In this document: piece after piece, positions 9,311 through 18,704 of the stretch
Layout: every line of letters begins with the position of its first letter
Numbering within the stretch: the stretch's first letter is position 1
Source of the DNA: an uncultured bacterium
GTDB taxonomy: Bacteria > Patescibacteriota > Saccharimonadia > Saccharimonadales > Saccharimonadaceae
Assembly: GCA_903866605.1 (NCBI GenBank)
Contig: CAIPOF010000055.1
Span: 1-53,775, forward strand
DNA: 53,775 nucleotides
Direction: 5' to 3'
Made by a program: the position numbers and the translations under genes
Notes under the pieces: generated by a model
Seen by the model: the letters and a program-made list of their open reading frames with translations, nothing else
Database searches by the model: none
Told to the model about the DNA's origin: nothing

Positions 9311-10388
9311 AAAGAAACAACCTCATTGTGAAATTAGATTTTGGTGTGATAAAAAATTTGCCAAACAAGCCAGTGAGCTAATTGGGTATTTTGATAAAGG
9401 TATACCAGTGCATACAATTATGGCAGGAAAATTGCGTCGCTATCATCATGTGTCGGTGATGCGTCAACTATTATGGCCATCACTTGTACTTCATAATATA
9501 AAGGATGTATTTTTGGTGATAGCTGGATTTTTCCAAAGTTTCATTAAATTAATCATATGGCGCCCTGACGTTGTTTTTACCAAAGGCGGATACGTCTGTT
9601 TGCCTGTTGGTATCGCTGCGTATTTTTTACGTATTCCACTGGTTGTGCATGATTCAGATGCTTATCCTGGGCTTACTAATCGTATTCTTGGAAAATGGGC
9701 TACCTCAATCGCAACTGGTGCACCACTTAAATATTATAATTATCCTATTGAAAAAACACGATATGTTGGCATACCTATAGCAACTGAATTTCATAAATTT
9801 TCTGAAGCAGAACAACGATCAGCCAAGTCAAAATGGGGGATAGATGTAAATCAACCATTATTAGTGGTCACTGGGGGTGGTCTAGGCGCAAGTCGGATTA
9901 ATGATGCAATTGTTTTTTCACTAAAAAATCTGTTAAAAATAACATCAGTTGTGCTTGTTTCGGGGAATGGGCAATATGATGCCTTAAAATCCTTAGTACC
10001 TCTAAATGATAAAAATTTTCAATTACATGCATTTATATCAAACGGCATGGCATCATTACTCGGCGCGTCTGATGTTGTGATCGCTCGTGCTGGTGCGACG
10101 ACCATACTTGAATTAGCTTCACTTGCAAAACCAACTATATTGATTCCAAATGGTAGGCTAACTGGTGGACATCAATTAAAGAATGCAGAAGTCTATAAAA
10201 AAGCAAATGCGGCAGTAGTTATAAATGAAGAAAAAATGGTTGAGAATCCAGATATTTTAGTATCAGCAGTTGATCAAATACTGTCCAATAATGAACGTAC
10301 CAGTAACATGTCAAAAATATTTTCATCATTTGCACGTCCAAACGCAGCAAAGGATGTAGCAGATATGATAATCTCTAGTATTAAATAA
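9237..10388 (+). CDS. murG: UDP-GlcNAc:lipid I N-acetylglucosaminyltransferase MurG
   Basis: MKILAVGGGSGGHVTPVVAV G-loop, GGLGASRIN and ARAGATTILE motifs. AAGGAGG lies 6 nt upstream of the ATG. Confidence 0.95.
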   Translation: MKILAVGGGSGGHVTPVVAVLREIRKKQPHCEIRFWCDKKFAKQASELIGYFDKGIPVHTIMAGKLRRYHHVSVMRQLLWPSLVLHNIKDVFLVIAGFFQSFIKLIIWRPDVVFTKGGYVCLPVGIAAYFLRIPLVVHDSDAYPGLTNRILGKWATSIATGAPLKYYNYPIEKTRYVGIPIATEFHKFSEAEQRSAKSKWGIDVNQPLLVVTGGGLGASRINDAIVFSLKNLLKITSVVLVSGNGQYDALKSLVPLNDKNFQLHAFISNGMASLLGASDVVIARAGATTILELASLAKPTILIPNGRLTGGHQLKNAEVYKKANAAVVINEEKMVENPDILVSAVDQILSNNERTSNMSKIFSSFARPNAAKDVADMIISSIK

Positions 10389-10420
10389 TATGATGGATAC
10401 AGAGACGGAGTTCAAATAAA

Positions 10421-11350
10421 ATGAGTATTTTGAGAAAAAGGCAAAAAGACATACCTAGGAGGAGGTCGGTCGAAGGTATCAAAGAAAAAACTTCTAGCCC
10501 TAATATATACAAACGCAATCGTACTCTTACAGGGACGACATCTAATCAGTTAAACAATGTAAATTCAAAAACAGACCTAGAATCACCCAGGGTTCATGCA
10601 CGTAATTTATCGATAAGACGTCGAAAAATATCATTTATTTTAATTTTAATTATAATTTCAGCAATACCAATTTGGATTATGATAAGTAACTTTACGGCTA
10701 GTGTCAGTGTCAACATAAACGACGTTACGGTATCTAAATCGGTTACATCTTCAAAGTACGAACAAGCAATTCAGGATTATCTAAATATGAATCCAATGAG
10801 TAGGTTACTATTTATTTTGGATAAATCCGCCATGAGCGCATATGTATCATCAAAATTGCCAGAAGTATCAAACATTCAGAAAATTAACACAGTAGGTATC
10901 GGAAAAACAAATTTTACAATTTCAATGCGTGTACCAATAGCTGGTTGGCAAATAAATGGAAAACAGTACTATGTTGATTCGAGTGGAATACCGTTTGAAG
11001 TTAATTATTATTCTGCCCCACCGGTACAGATTGTCGATAACAGTGGTATAACGCCAAAAATTAGCTCAATTGCAATTGCTAGCACCCGTTTTCTAAGTTT
11101 TGTAGGAAAAGTTGTTAACGAAGCAAAACAGAGTGGTTATACTGTTACACAGGCAATACTGCCAGAAAATACAACAAGAGAATTAGAGGTTAGATTAAAG
11201 GAAGGTAACTATTTAATAAAATTATCAATAGATCGACCAGTAGGGGAGCAAATAGAGGATATGACAGCAGCAGTTAGGTACTTTGCGGAACATGGCCAAA
11301 ATCCACAGTATATTGATATTCGTGTAAGCGCAAGGGCATTCTATAAATGA
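10421..11350 (+). CDS. ftsQ: FtsQ-like cell division protein (POTRA-containing)
   Basis: Basic cytoplasmic N-terminus, a single TM helix (ILILIIISAIPIWIMI) and a POTRA-like region ending in YYVDSSGIPFE. It follows murG. Confidence 0.7.
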   Translation: MSILRKRQKDIPRRRSVEGIKEKTSSPNIYKRNRTLTGTTSNQLNNVNSKTDLESPRVHARNLSIRRRKISFILILIIISAIPIWIMISNFTASVSVNINDVTVSKSVTSSKYEQAIQDYLNMNPMSRLLFILDKSAMSAYVSSKLPEVSNIQKINTVGIGKTNFTISMRVPIAGWQINGKQYYVDSSGIPFEVNYYSAPPVQIVDNSGITPKISSIAIASTRFLSFVGKVVNEAKQSGYTVTQAILPENTTRELEVRLKEGNYLIKLSIDRPVGEQIEDMTAAVRYFAEHGQNPQYIDIRVSARAFYK

Positions 11351-11377
11351 AGAGGCTACCTTGCCACTCCCTCTTAG

Positions 11378-11399
11378 TGTTCTAAATATGTTCTAAATT
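11378..11399 (+). repeat. Tandem 11-bp direct repeat TGTTCTAAAT(A/T) x2
   Basis: TGTTCTA cores at 11378 and 11389, 28 nt after the ftsQ stop. Confidence 0.6.
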
Positions 11400-11980
11400 A
11401 AGGAAGGGGGTATAAATATCTGAAAAAACATATATAAATATAATACTGCAAAAAAGCAAATATACCAAAACTAGGTGAGAATAGTGTACTATTTTATAAA
11501 ATACAATATGTCTGTGGAAAAGCAAATGGCGGCTATTTGTCGAGCATAACGTGATCAAGCCTTATCAATGTATGTTTATATAGCGTATGTAATAACAGTA
11601 TCAAGTAAGTATAAAGAAATGTAATAAAAAATAAATATTAAATGTAATGCAGATAGCCCTTAATAGTGTACTCTCTCGCAAATGGCTCATTCATCTCTTT
11701 TACGTACAATAATAGACACATTGTAAGTCAACTAACGATTATATATAGAGAGTCGTAAAAGGTATATTGTGCGACGCATAGCGTGTGTGTCTATATGACT
11801 GTTTCTATGCCAAATATATAATATTATATATTTCTTTCGCCTTTCGACTTTCTATACATTCACATTTTTATTTTTGTACTACGCTCCTTATATCGTTTAT
11901 GTTATTTTGTTCTATCTAATTTAGCAATTAATTAAAACATTGTGTGTCGCTATGTTTGTCCCTATGTCCGGATTTAAAGG

Positions 11981-12002
11981 TGTTCTATTATTGTTCTATA
12001 AT
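11981..12002 (+). repeat. Tandem 11-bp direct repeat TGTTCTAT(T/A)AT x2
   Basis: TGTTCTA cores at 11981 and 11992, with a fifth core at 11908. All share the orientation of the 11378 pair. Confidence 0.6.
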
Positions 12003-12029
12003 ATTTATTGTTGCTGATAATCAAATAAG

Positions 12030-14672
12030 TTAGTGCTTTATTTGAAGCGTGCTGTCGATTTTTTCCGATGGTGTCACATTTTTCTTTTTGCGCGGACGTA
12101 TTCGTTTCCGTTTTGGCTTTGAAATCGTATCTGTACTGAAAGTGGTGGATGATACACTTTGCCTCGTCTGCCCCACTGGGGTGCTACTGTCGTCGCTAAT
12201 TGGCTTAATCCCTAGTGGCCACTTTATTGTATGCGCATGCGTATTAGATGGTCTCTGCTGGCTGTTGTTGACTGGTCTGATAGCTTCAGATATTTCTTGT
12301 TCTACCTCAGCTCGGCTTCGACTGAAATGTCGGCGAGTATTTTCAATGATTCGACCGGTGTTATCAATCTGAGGAATAGGAAGGGTTAATGTGGTGGCAT
12401 TAAAGGCTGGTGTCTTTTCGCCATTAACTACCATGTTCATTACGAAATTTCTATGATGCATCTGCAGCAAATCATTTGCTTCGAATTGTGGTTCGAATTG
12501 TTTTGCTAGGATTGGTGCATCGTCAGCTGAGACCCTAAATGAAATCATTGTACCAACATTACCAAAGACAGCATCACGTACATTATCGTCCATTTGGCTA
12601 ATATATTGGTTAGCAACGGTTAGGTTAAGGCCATATTTACGTGCTTCAGATAAAATTGTGGCAAACGAATCTGTTTGAAAATTTTGGAATTCATCAACAT
12701 ATAAATAGAATGGACGTCGATCTTCAATCCGTTCGATATCACTACGGCTCATAGAGGCTAATTGAATTTTGGTCACAATAAAGGAGCCTAGGATGGCTGC
12801 ATTGTCCTCGCCTATCAAACCTTTTGATAAATTTACTATTAAAATTTTCCCTTCATCCATTATCTTACGAATATCAAAAGTTGATTTTGGTTGTCCAACA
12901 ATATTACGAATAATTGGGTTGGCAGTAAAGGCACCAATCTTGTTAAGTACCGAAGAAATTGCTTCGGTTACGAATCTATCATTCCAAGTATCAAATTCAT
13001 TTCTCCAAAAATTCAAAACTACTATATCTTTACAATGCCCCAGTGTTTCTTCACGGAATTTTTTGTCTGTTAGCATCCTTGATATATCGAGTAATGTTGT
13101 GGTAGGACGATCAAGTAAAGCTAATATTGTATAACGAAGTATATATTCCAACCGTGGTCCCCAAGACTCTCCAAACATGCGCTTAAATACCCCTATAACT
13201 TCAGAGCTGATATTATTTTTTTGATCAGGATTAGTAACTTCTAGCGGATTAAAACCAAGAGGAAAGGCTGTATCAGCTGGGTTAAAATAAACGACGTCAT
13301 CCAGGCGACTTCCAGGGATAAAACGCATATTGTCAACAGCAAAATCTCCGTGCGGGTCTATAATCGCATAACCATGCCCATGGAAAATATCACTTAGTGC
13401 TAGTAAGGCTAGCGCACCTGATTTACCTGTCCCAGTTTGGCCAATAATATACATATGGCGCGATCGGTCAACTCGCAGCATGCCAAACTGATGGTTAACA
13501 CCGCGAAAATTTGTCATCCCAAAAGCACTAATGTTTTCGTCGACAGCACTTTCTCCTGTAATAATTGGCAATTTCGAAGGTGGTTCGGCCGTTTTGCTAC
13601 TGGCCCAAACAACATTTGGTGTTTCAACATTTGTATGTGGGAGGTGAAAAACACTGGCAAGCTCTTCGATATTTAATATGAAACCCTTATCATTAAATTC
13701 ACGATTGCGATATTTTAATAAATCATCTTTTTTGAAACTTGCACTAGACATTTTAAAACCATTCAGATTCGTACTATTAAACTGTTTGAACGTACCAACA
13801 ATTGCCTGCATGCGCAGATGAGCATTAGCAGTACTCTCCCCCAAATAAACAAGACGAATTTTTACTTGATATCCAAGTTTCGTTGCTTTTTTTTCAGCTT
13901 CTGAGACCCTGGTCTTATCACGTTCTGACAGATCTTTGGACCCATCACTGCCACTGCCTGCTTCTGGCGGTTTCCAGAGGGCTTCTAGCAGTCCTGTCAG
14001 CCATGAAAAATCACCAGCTCCACCAAAAAGTGAAGTAATTTTACCTTTTTTAACACCTGAAATCCAGCGCTCTGACGATTTATGCCAATCATCTTTAATC
14101 GGTCTTGCCAAAATCTGTATCCAAACTTCTTCACCGGTAGACTCTAATTTTGCAAGTGCCCCAGTGATACCGGCTAGCGGGTCAACTTCAAAGTTCTGAA
14201 AAGTTTTTATTGGTAGCATTTCACTATCTGTCAGTGTAATTTCGGATGAATAGACTACGCTATGCTTGCTTTCGTGTGTCACATAATCTTCATCAGCTTT
14301 TCTAATTTGGACACTAGGATATTGTGAATAAATTTGACCTTCAACAAAACTCCGCAGTGTTTTAGGAACCCATCCATAAAATCGAATTTGACCATCAACA
14401 GAGGCAACTTCAAAACTCAAATGTTCTTGTATGCCATGATTTAATCTAAGCTCTTCCCTATCTCGTAATATTCCATGTAAACTGGCGAAAAGTTGTTCAG
14501 CGGCCAACTCACTTTTATCGTTCGCTTTGGGTATTTCTAATACTAAAAGGTCGCTTTCGACGTTGTCAACATGGTCATCGTAGTGATAATTACGCCATGT
14601 TAAAAAAGCCAATACAAAAACGATTGGCAACCATACATACCACTGCAGTAAAAAATCTATAACAGACAACAC
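12030..14672 (-). CDS. TraD/VirD4-like (FtsK/HerA superfamily) P-loop ATPase with N-terminal membrane anchor
   Basis: N-terminal TM helix. Walker A is in HMYIIGQTGTGKSG, followed by AIIDPHGD. Walker B is in FYLYVDEFQNF. The C-terminal tail is very basic (KPKRKRIRPRKKK). The GTG start is uncertain. Confidence 0.7.
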   Translation of the reverse strand: MLSVIDFLLQWYVWLPIVFVLAFLTWRNYHYDDHVDNVESDLLVLEIPKANDKSELAAEQLFASLHGILRDREELRLNHGIQEHLSFEVASVDGQIRFYGWVPKTLRSFVEGQIYSQYPSVQIRKADEDYVTHESKHSVVYSSEITLTDSEMLPIKTFQNFEVDPLAGITGALAKLESTGEEVWIQILARPIKDDWHKSSERWISGVKKGKITSLFGGAGDFSWLTGLLEALWKPPEAGSGSDGSKDLSERDKTRVSEAEKKATKLGYQVKIRLVYLGESTANAHLRMQAIVGTFKQFNSTNLNGFKMSSASFKKDDLLKYRNREFNDKGFILNIEELASVFHLPHTNVETPNVVWASSKTAEPPSKLPIITGESAVDENISAFGMTNFRGVNHQFGMLRVDRSRHMYIIGQTGTGKSGALALLALSDIFHGHGYAIIDPHGDFAVDNMRFIPGSRLDDVVYFNPADTAFPLGFNPLEVTNPDQKNNISSEVIGVFKRMFGESWGPRLEYILRYTILALLDRPTTTLLDISRMLTDKKFREETLGHCKDIVVLNFWRNEFDTWNDRFVTEAISSVLNKIGAFTANPIIRNIVGQPKSTFDIRKIMDEGKILIVNLSKGLIGEDNAAILGSFIVTKIQLASMSRSDIERIEDRRPFYLYVDEFQNFQTDSFATILSEARKYGLNLTVANQYISQMDDNVRDAVFGNVGTMISFRVSADDAPILAKQFEPQFEANDLLQMHHRNFVMNMVVNGEKTPAFNATTLTLPIPQIDNTGRIIENTRRHFSRSRAEVEQEISEAIRPVNNSQQRPSNTHAHTIKWPLGIKPISDDSSTPVGQTRQSVSSTTFSTDTISKPKRKRIRPRKKKNVTPSEKIDSTLQIKH

Positions 14673-14748
14673 TATAAAATATCCATAATTACCTTTTTAT
14701 TGTCTCATTAGCCGAGTATCTTGGCAATGTTATAACTGGTAATGTTTT

Positions 14749-15810
14749 TTATGATGTTTGTTTTACAGGTTCAAATGTGTAGGTGGCCTTGGCTACACGC
14801 TTAAATTGGTCTTTACTCTGTAGATTCAAAAGAATAGTAGTTTCTTTGACTTGACGGCTTTTTAATACTCGTTTTACAATTTCATCACGATGTAATGGTT
14901 CAGGAGATTTCTTGAGTACGTCAGCAATAATATCAGCCACTGTTCCCCTACTGAATCCCCAGCTATCAAGTGCATAAATACCACGACCAATCAGTACAAA
15001 ACGACTATCTTTTATCAGTTCATTATGTATGGCTTGGGTTGTGACATCTTTACGCTTGAAGCTACTGTCTTTGATTGATCCAGCAATTTCTGAAAAGTGC
15101 ATTGGTTTATTCGTATCTGATAATATAACATATATTTTATCACGTATATTTTTAGGATTAACAGTCGGCCATTTGACGAGTCCCCAATTATTCCCTAGGT
15201 GTGCCAGCAGTTTTGATACGCTAGCAAGGGCACGAACATAATTCGGATGTTCATATGATAGTTGTTCATGTAACTGTTCAATCGTCAGAGGCTCACCATG
15301 TTTTTTGATCGCAGAAACAATTTTATCAACTTCACCGCAAATTTTTTTGGAATCACCATATTCAAGTATTCCAACACTATGAAAATAATTGTCGTTTTGA
15401 TTAACGACTGCTATGCCAGGCGCCAGCTCGGCGATAAAAGCAATCCTAGAACGATCCCTTTGGTTACTTGTTCCACCAATAATCTTATCTGTTAGATCTT
15501 GGATACGAGCAACACGTCCCATTTCAGTCAGTTCACGTACGAGCAATTTTTCTATACTATTTATTGAAGCAATTTTCCCTGTTTTTGTAGCTAATTTAAG
15601 CTTTGTCAAGATAGATTTTTCTAGTTGTCTCACACGTTCGCGTGTGATTCCCAGTAATTCACCAATTTGTTCAAGTGTTTCGCGACGGTCATACAAACCA
15701 AATCGACGCGTTATAATTTCTTTTTCACGTTCTTGATCAATAACGGTTAATATGTCATCGATATTAGCCTCTAGGTTGATTGGTTGGATGTTTTCGGTCG
15801 TATCGCTCAT
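14749..15810 (-). CDS. Sigma-70 region-4-like HTH protein with C-terminal HARE-HTH-like domain
   Basis: ETLEQIGELLGITRERVRQLEKSILTKLK matches sigma region 4.2. The C-terminal MHFSEIAGSI...IHNELIKDSRFVLIGRGIYALDSWG resembles HARE-HTH. No sigma region 2 was seen. Confidence 0.6.
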   Translation of the reverse strand: MSDTTENIQPINLEANIDDILTVIDQEREKEIITRRFGLYDRRETLEQIGELLGITRERVRQLEKSILTKLKLATKTGKIASINSIEKLLVRELTEMGRVARIQDLTDKIIGGTSNQRDRSRIAFIAELAPGIAVVNQNDNYFHSVGILEYGDSKKICGEVDKIVSAIKKHGEPLTIEQLHEQLSYEHPNYVRALASVSKLLAHLGNNWGLVKWPTVNPKNIRDKIYVILSDTNKPMHFSEIAGSIKDSSFKRKDVTTQAIHNELIKDSRFVLIGRGIYALDSWGFSRGTVADIIADVLKKSPEPLHRDEIVKRVLKSRQVKETTILLNLQSKDQFKRVAKATYTFEPVKQTS

Positions 15811-15867
15811 TGCTCTATCTTTCTTCCGTCCACCTCAGATATTGTTTTTAATATAAATCTTCATTAC

Positions 15868-15896
15868 ATTATAAAATATTATTTTTATAATGTCAA
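15868..15896 (-). promoter_or_regulatory. Consensus sigma-70-type promoter for the 14749-15810 gene
   Basis: On the minus strand: TTGACA (15896-15891), a 17-nt spacer, then TATAAT (15873-15868). It is embedded in a perfect 11-bp inverted repeat (15866-15876 / 15883-15893). Confidence 0.55.
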
Positions 15897-16019
15897 ACAT
15901 TGTGTATACTGTATTAATTATATCATGAAATAGACACGATAGACAAAACATTCTAAGCTGTACTATATTTAGGTTGGGATGTTTGGTCTATGCAATGTAA
16001 ATAGTGGTGTGGAAATTAA

Positions 16020-18467
16020 TTAGGCTTTTTTGGGTCGACTTTTTGTCTTTTTTGTTTTGCGAATTATGCCTCGTTTTTTACTTATTGGTGCATTTTTTAA
16101 CAACTCTTTTGCCTGTTCATGAGCTATCTTTGAAGGTTCAGTCCCTTTAGGGATTTTTGCATTTTTGGATCCATCAGTTATATATGGCCCAAATCGTCCC
16201 TTTAATATTTTTATCCCATCACCAAAATCAGCTATGTTCTTTTCGGCTTCACTTTTTAGTTTGGCCGCGTATAAATTGAGGGCTTCGTCGATTGATATTG
16301 TGTGTGGGTCAAGCGGTTTAATGCTGACGAAAAGCTTATTAACTTGAATATATGGCCCAAATCTTCCAATGTTTGATTTGACAACTTCTCCATCCGCGGT
16401 TTCACCAACAATGCGGGGCAATTCAAAAGCATGAAGAGCTTCATCTAGTGTCACAGTATCGATTTTGCGCCCCGCTGGCATTGGTGCAAATTGTGGTTTA
16501 TTGACTTTGTCGTCCCCGTTACCTAGTTGCAACATAGGTCCGTATCGTCCGAATCGAGCCAAAATTGGTTTACCTGATATCGGATCAATACCAATTTCGC
16601 GGGCTTTGGCAACTGTACTACGGTCAATATCATCAGAGTTTTCAATTAATTTATGGAATGGTGTATAAAAATGATCTAGCATAGTGTTTCTAGCTAGGGC
16701 ACCAGTTGCAATTTTATCAAATTCAGTTTCAACCGTGGCCGTAAAGCTATAGTCAACTATTGGCTCAAAATGACTATTCAAAAAATCACTTAGGACTTCA
16801 CCAGATGCGGTTGGGACTAATTTTCCTTTGTCGGATCCTGTTTTTTCGGAAATTATATCGCGAGAAATCGTGTTTTTCTGCAGATTTAAACTAATAATGT
16901 CCCTGGGTATTCCCTCGCCTTCGCCTTTTTCAGCATAACCACGAACCTGGATTGTATTAATAATTGTCGCATAGGTTGACGGTCGTCCAATACCTAAATC
17001 TTCTAGTTTTTTAACTAAACTGCCTTCGCTATATCGAGCTGGCGGTCGATCAAACATTTGACGAGCAGTTGCAGAATTCAAGACTAAAATATCGCCAGTT
17101 TTAACTGCTGGTAATATTTCGGCGTCTTTTTTACTGCCACCATACATTTTCAAAAAACCATCAAAGACTATAACTTCGCCTTTGGCCTCAAATATTTGGT
17201 CGCCTATTAGGCTATCATCTTTCGCAACACTGCTTCGCTCCAGGTCTGAATTGGGCCCCGGCGCCATTTCAGACTTGGGTTCCAGGGTGTCACTCGAGAT
17301 CATAGCCGAACGGCTCTGATTCGTTATTTTTATGGTAACAATTGTCTTTTCTAATTTTGCTGGTGCCATTTGGCTGGCAAGTGTGCGTCGGCGAATTAGG
17401 TCGTATAGTTTTTGATCGTATTCATTACTACTACCCTGCTGGCGTGACATATCAGTCGGTCGAATTGCCTCGTGTGCCTCTTGGGCATTGGCGCTTTTAG
17501 TTTTAAATGCTCGGACTTGGCTGTATTTTTCGCCAAATGTCTTTTTAATATAATCAGCCGCCATTGCAATTGCCTGACCACTTAAATTAACCGAGTCAGT
17601 TCGCATATAAGTGATTTTGCCTTCTTGGTACAGTTTTTGAGCGCTTGACATTGTTGCTCGGGCTCCAAACCCCAAACGGCTGTTGGCATCTTGTTGTAAG
17701 GTGCTGGTTGTGAATGGCGCCATTGGGTTACGTGTTGAAGGACTAGTTGTGATATCTGAAATAGTAAATTTTGCATCCATTAGGCTTTCTAAAAAGACTT
17801 GAGCCTGTGATTCGGTTTCGAATCTGTTTGGCAATTCGGCCTTTATGATGTCGCCATTATGTGAAAATTCAGCTACAACTTTGAATGAGAATGATCCGTT
17901 AAATGATTCAATTTCGCGTTCTCGTTCGACTAATAAACGAACGGCTGGTGATTGGACGCGACCAGCTGATTTACCGCCAGGCACTTTGCGCCATACAACT
18001 GGTGATAATTCAAAACCGACTAATCGATCCAGGATTTGTCGGGCTTGTTGGGCGCGCACCAGGTCCATATCAATAGTGCGGGGCTTTTTTATGGCCATAT
18101 CAATTGCATTTTTCGTAATTTCGTGAAAAACAATTCGTTTGGTCGTTTTCGGGTCAAGTTTTAACACTTCCGTCAAATGCCAAGCAATTGCCTCACCTTC
18201 ACGGTCTTCATCAGTTGCTAGCCATACCGTATCAGCAGTTTTAACAGCTTTTTTAAGTCCTGTAATAATTTTTTTCTTGTCACTATCCACTTCATAAACA
18301 GTTTTATATCCGTTTTTGGTATCGATTGGCAACGTACCATCCTTGGTTTTTTTAACGATACTACGGATATGTCCAACACTCGAAAGCACCGTAAAATCGT
18401 TGCCCAAATATTTCTGGATGGTCTTGCCTTTGGCTGGCGATTCAACGATTACTAGATTTTTGGTCAT
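16020..18467 (-). CDS. topA: DNA topoisomerase I
   Basis: TOPRIM start NLVIVESPAKGKTIQKYLG, DEDREGEAIAWH, active-site region ITYMRTDS, C-terminal repeats and a Lys-rich tail. ATG 18467 is preferred over TTG 18473. Confidence 0.95.
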   Translation of the reverse strand: MTKNLVIVESPAKGKTIQKYLGNDFTVLSSVGHIRSIVKKTKDGTLPIDTKNGYKTVYEVDSDKKKIITGLKKAVKTADTVWLATDEDREGEAIAWHLTEVLKLDPKTTKRIVFHEITKNAIDMAIKKPRTIDMDLVRAQQARQILDRLVGFELSPVVWRKVPGGKSAGRVQSPAVRLLVEREREIESFNGSFSFKVVAEFSHNGDIIKAELPNRFETESQAQVFLESLMDAKFTISDITTSPSTRNPMAPFTTSTLQQDANSRLGFGARATMSSAQKLYQEGKITYMRTDSVNLSGQAIAMAADYIKKTFGEKYSQVRAFKTKSANAQEAHEAIRPTDMSRQQGSSNEYDQKLYDLIRRRTLASQMAPAKLEKTIVTIKITNQSRSAMISSDTLEPKSEMAPGPNSDLERSSVAKDDSLIGDQIFEAKGEVIVFDGFLKMYGGSKKDAEILPAVKTGDILVLNSATARQMFDRPPARYSEGSLVKKLEDLGIGRPSTYATIINTIQVRGYAEKGEGEGIPRDIISLNLQKNTISRDIISEKTGSDKGKLVPTASGEVLSDFLNSHFEPIVDYSFTATVETEFDKIATGALARNTMLDHFYTPFHKLIENSDDIDRSTVAKAREIGIDPISGKPILARFGRYGPMLQLGNGDDKVNKPQFAPMPAGRKIDTVTLDEALHAFELPRIVGETADGEVVKSNIGRFGPYIQVNKLFVSIKPLDPHTISIDEALNLYAAKLKSEAEKNIADFGDGIKILKGRFGPYITDGSKNAKIPKGTEPSKIAHEQAKELLKNAPISKKRGIIRKTKKTKSRPKKA

Positions 18468-18704
18468 ATACAATGCTTCATACTACGCAACTTGTTTTGT
18501 TTTGTAAACAACTAGACAAGTAGATTATTGATTTTAGATTATAGATTATAGTGTAATTTCATAATTATTAAATAGCGCAAAATTAGTTGGAAAACATAGT
18601 ACATAGCCCCTAATTCCGCTTGCGCTTCAACAATGTAAAGTGTCATACTAAAATATATGAAAACAAAAAGTTATGGCGTTATCATACTTCGCCAAAGGAT
18701 ACGT

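Noticed and set aside
12049-14199. Several 60-120-aa plus-strand ORFs inside the 880-aa ATPase gene. Similar antisense ORFs occur inside topA, the kinase genes, gltX, the helicase and the pilin genes.
   Set aside because: All lie antisense to or within long ORFs with clear conserved motifs. They are shadow ORFs.
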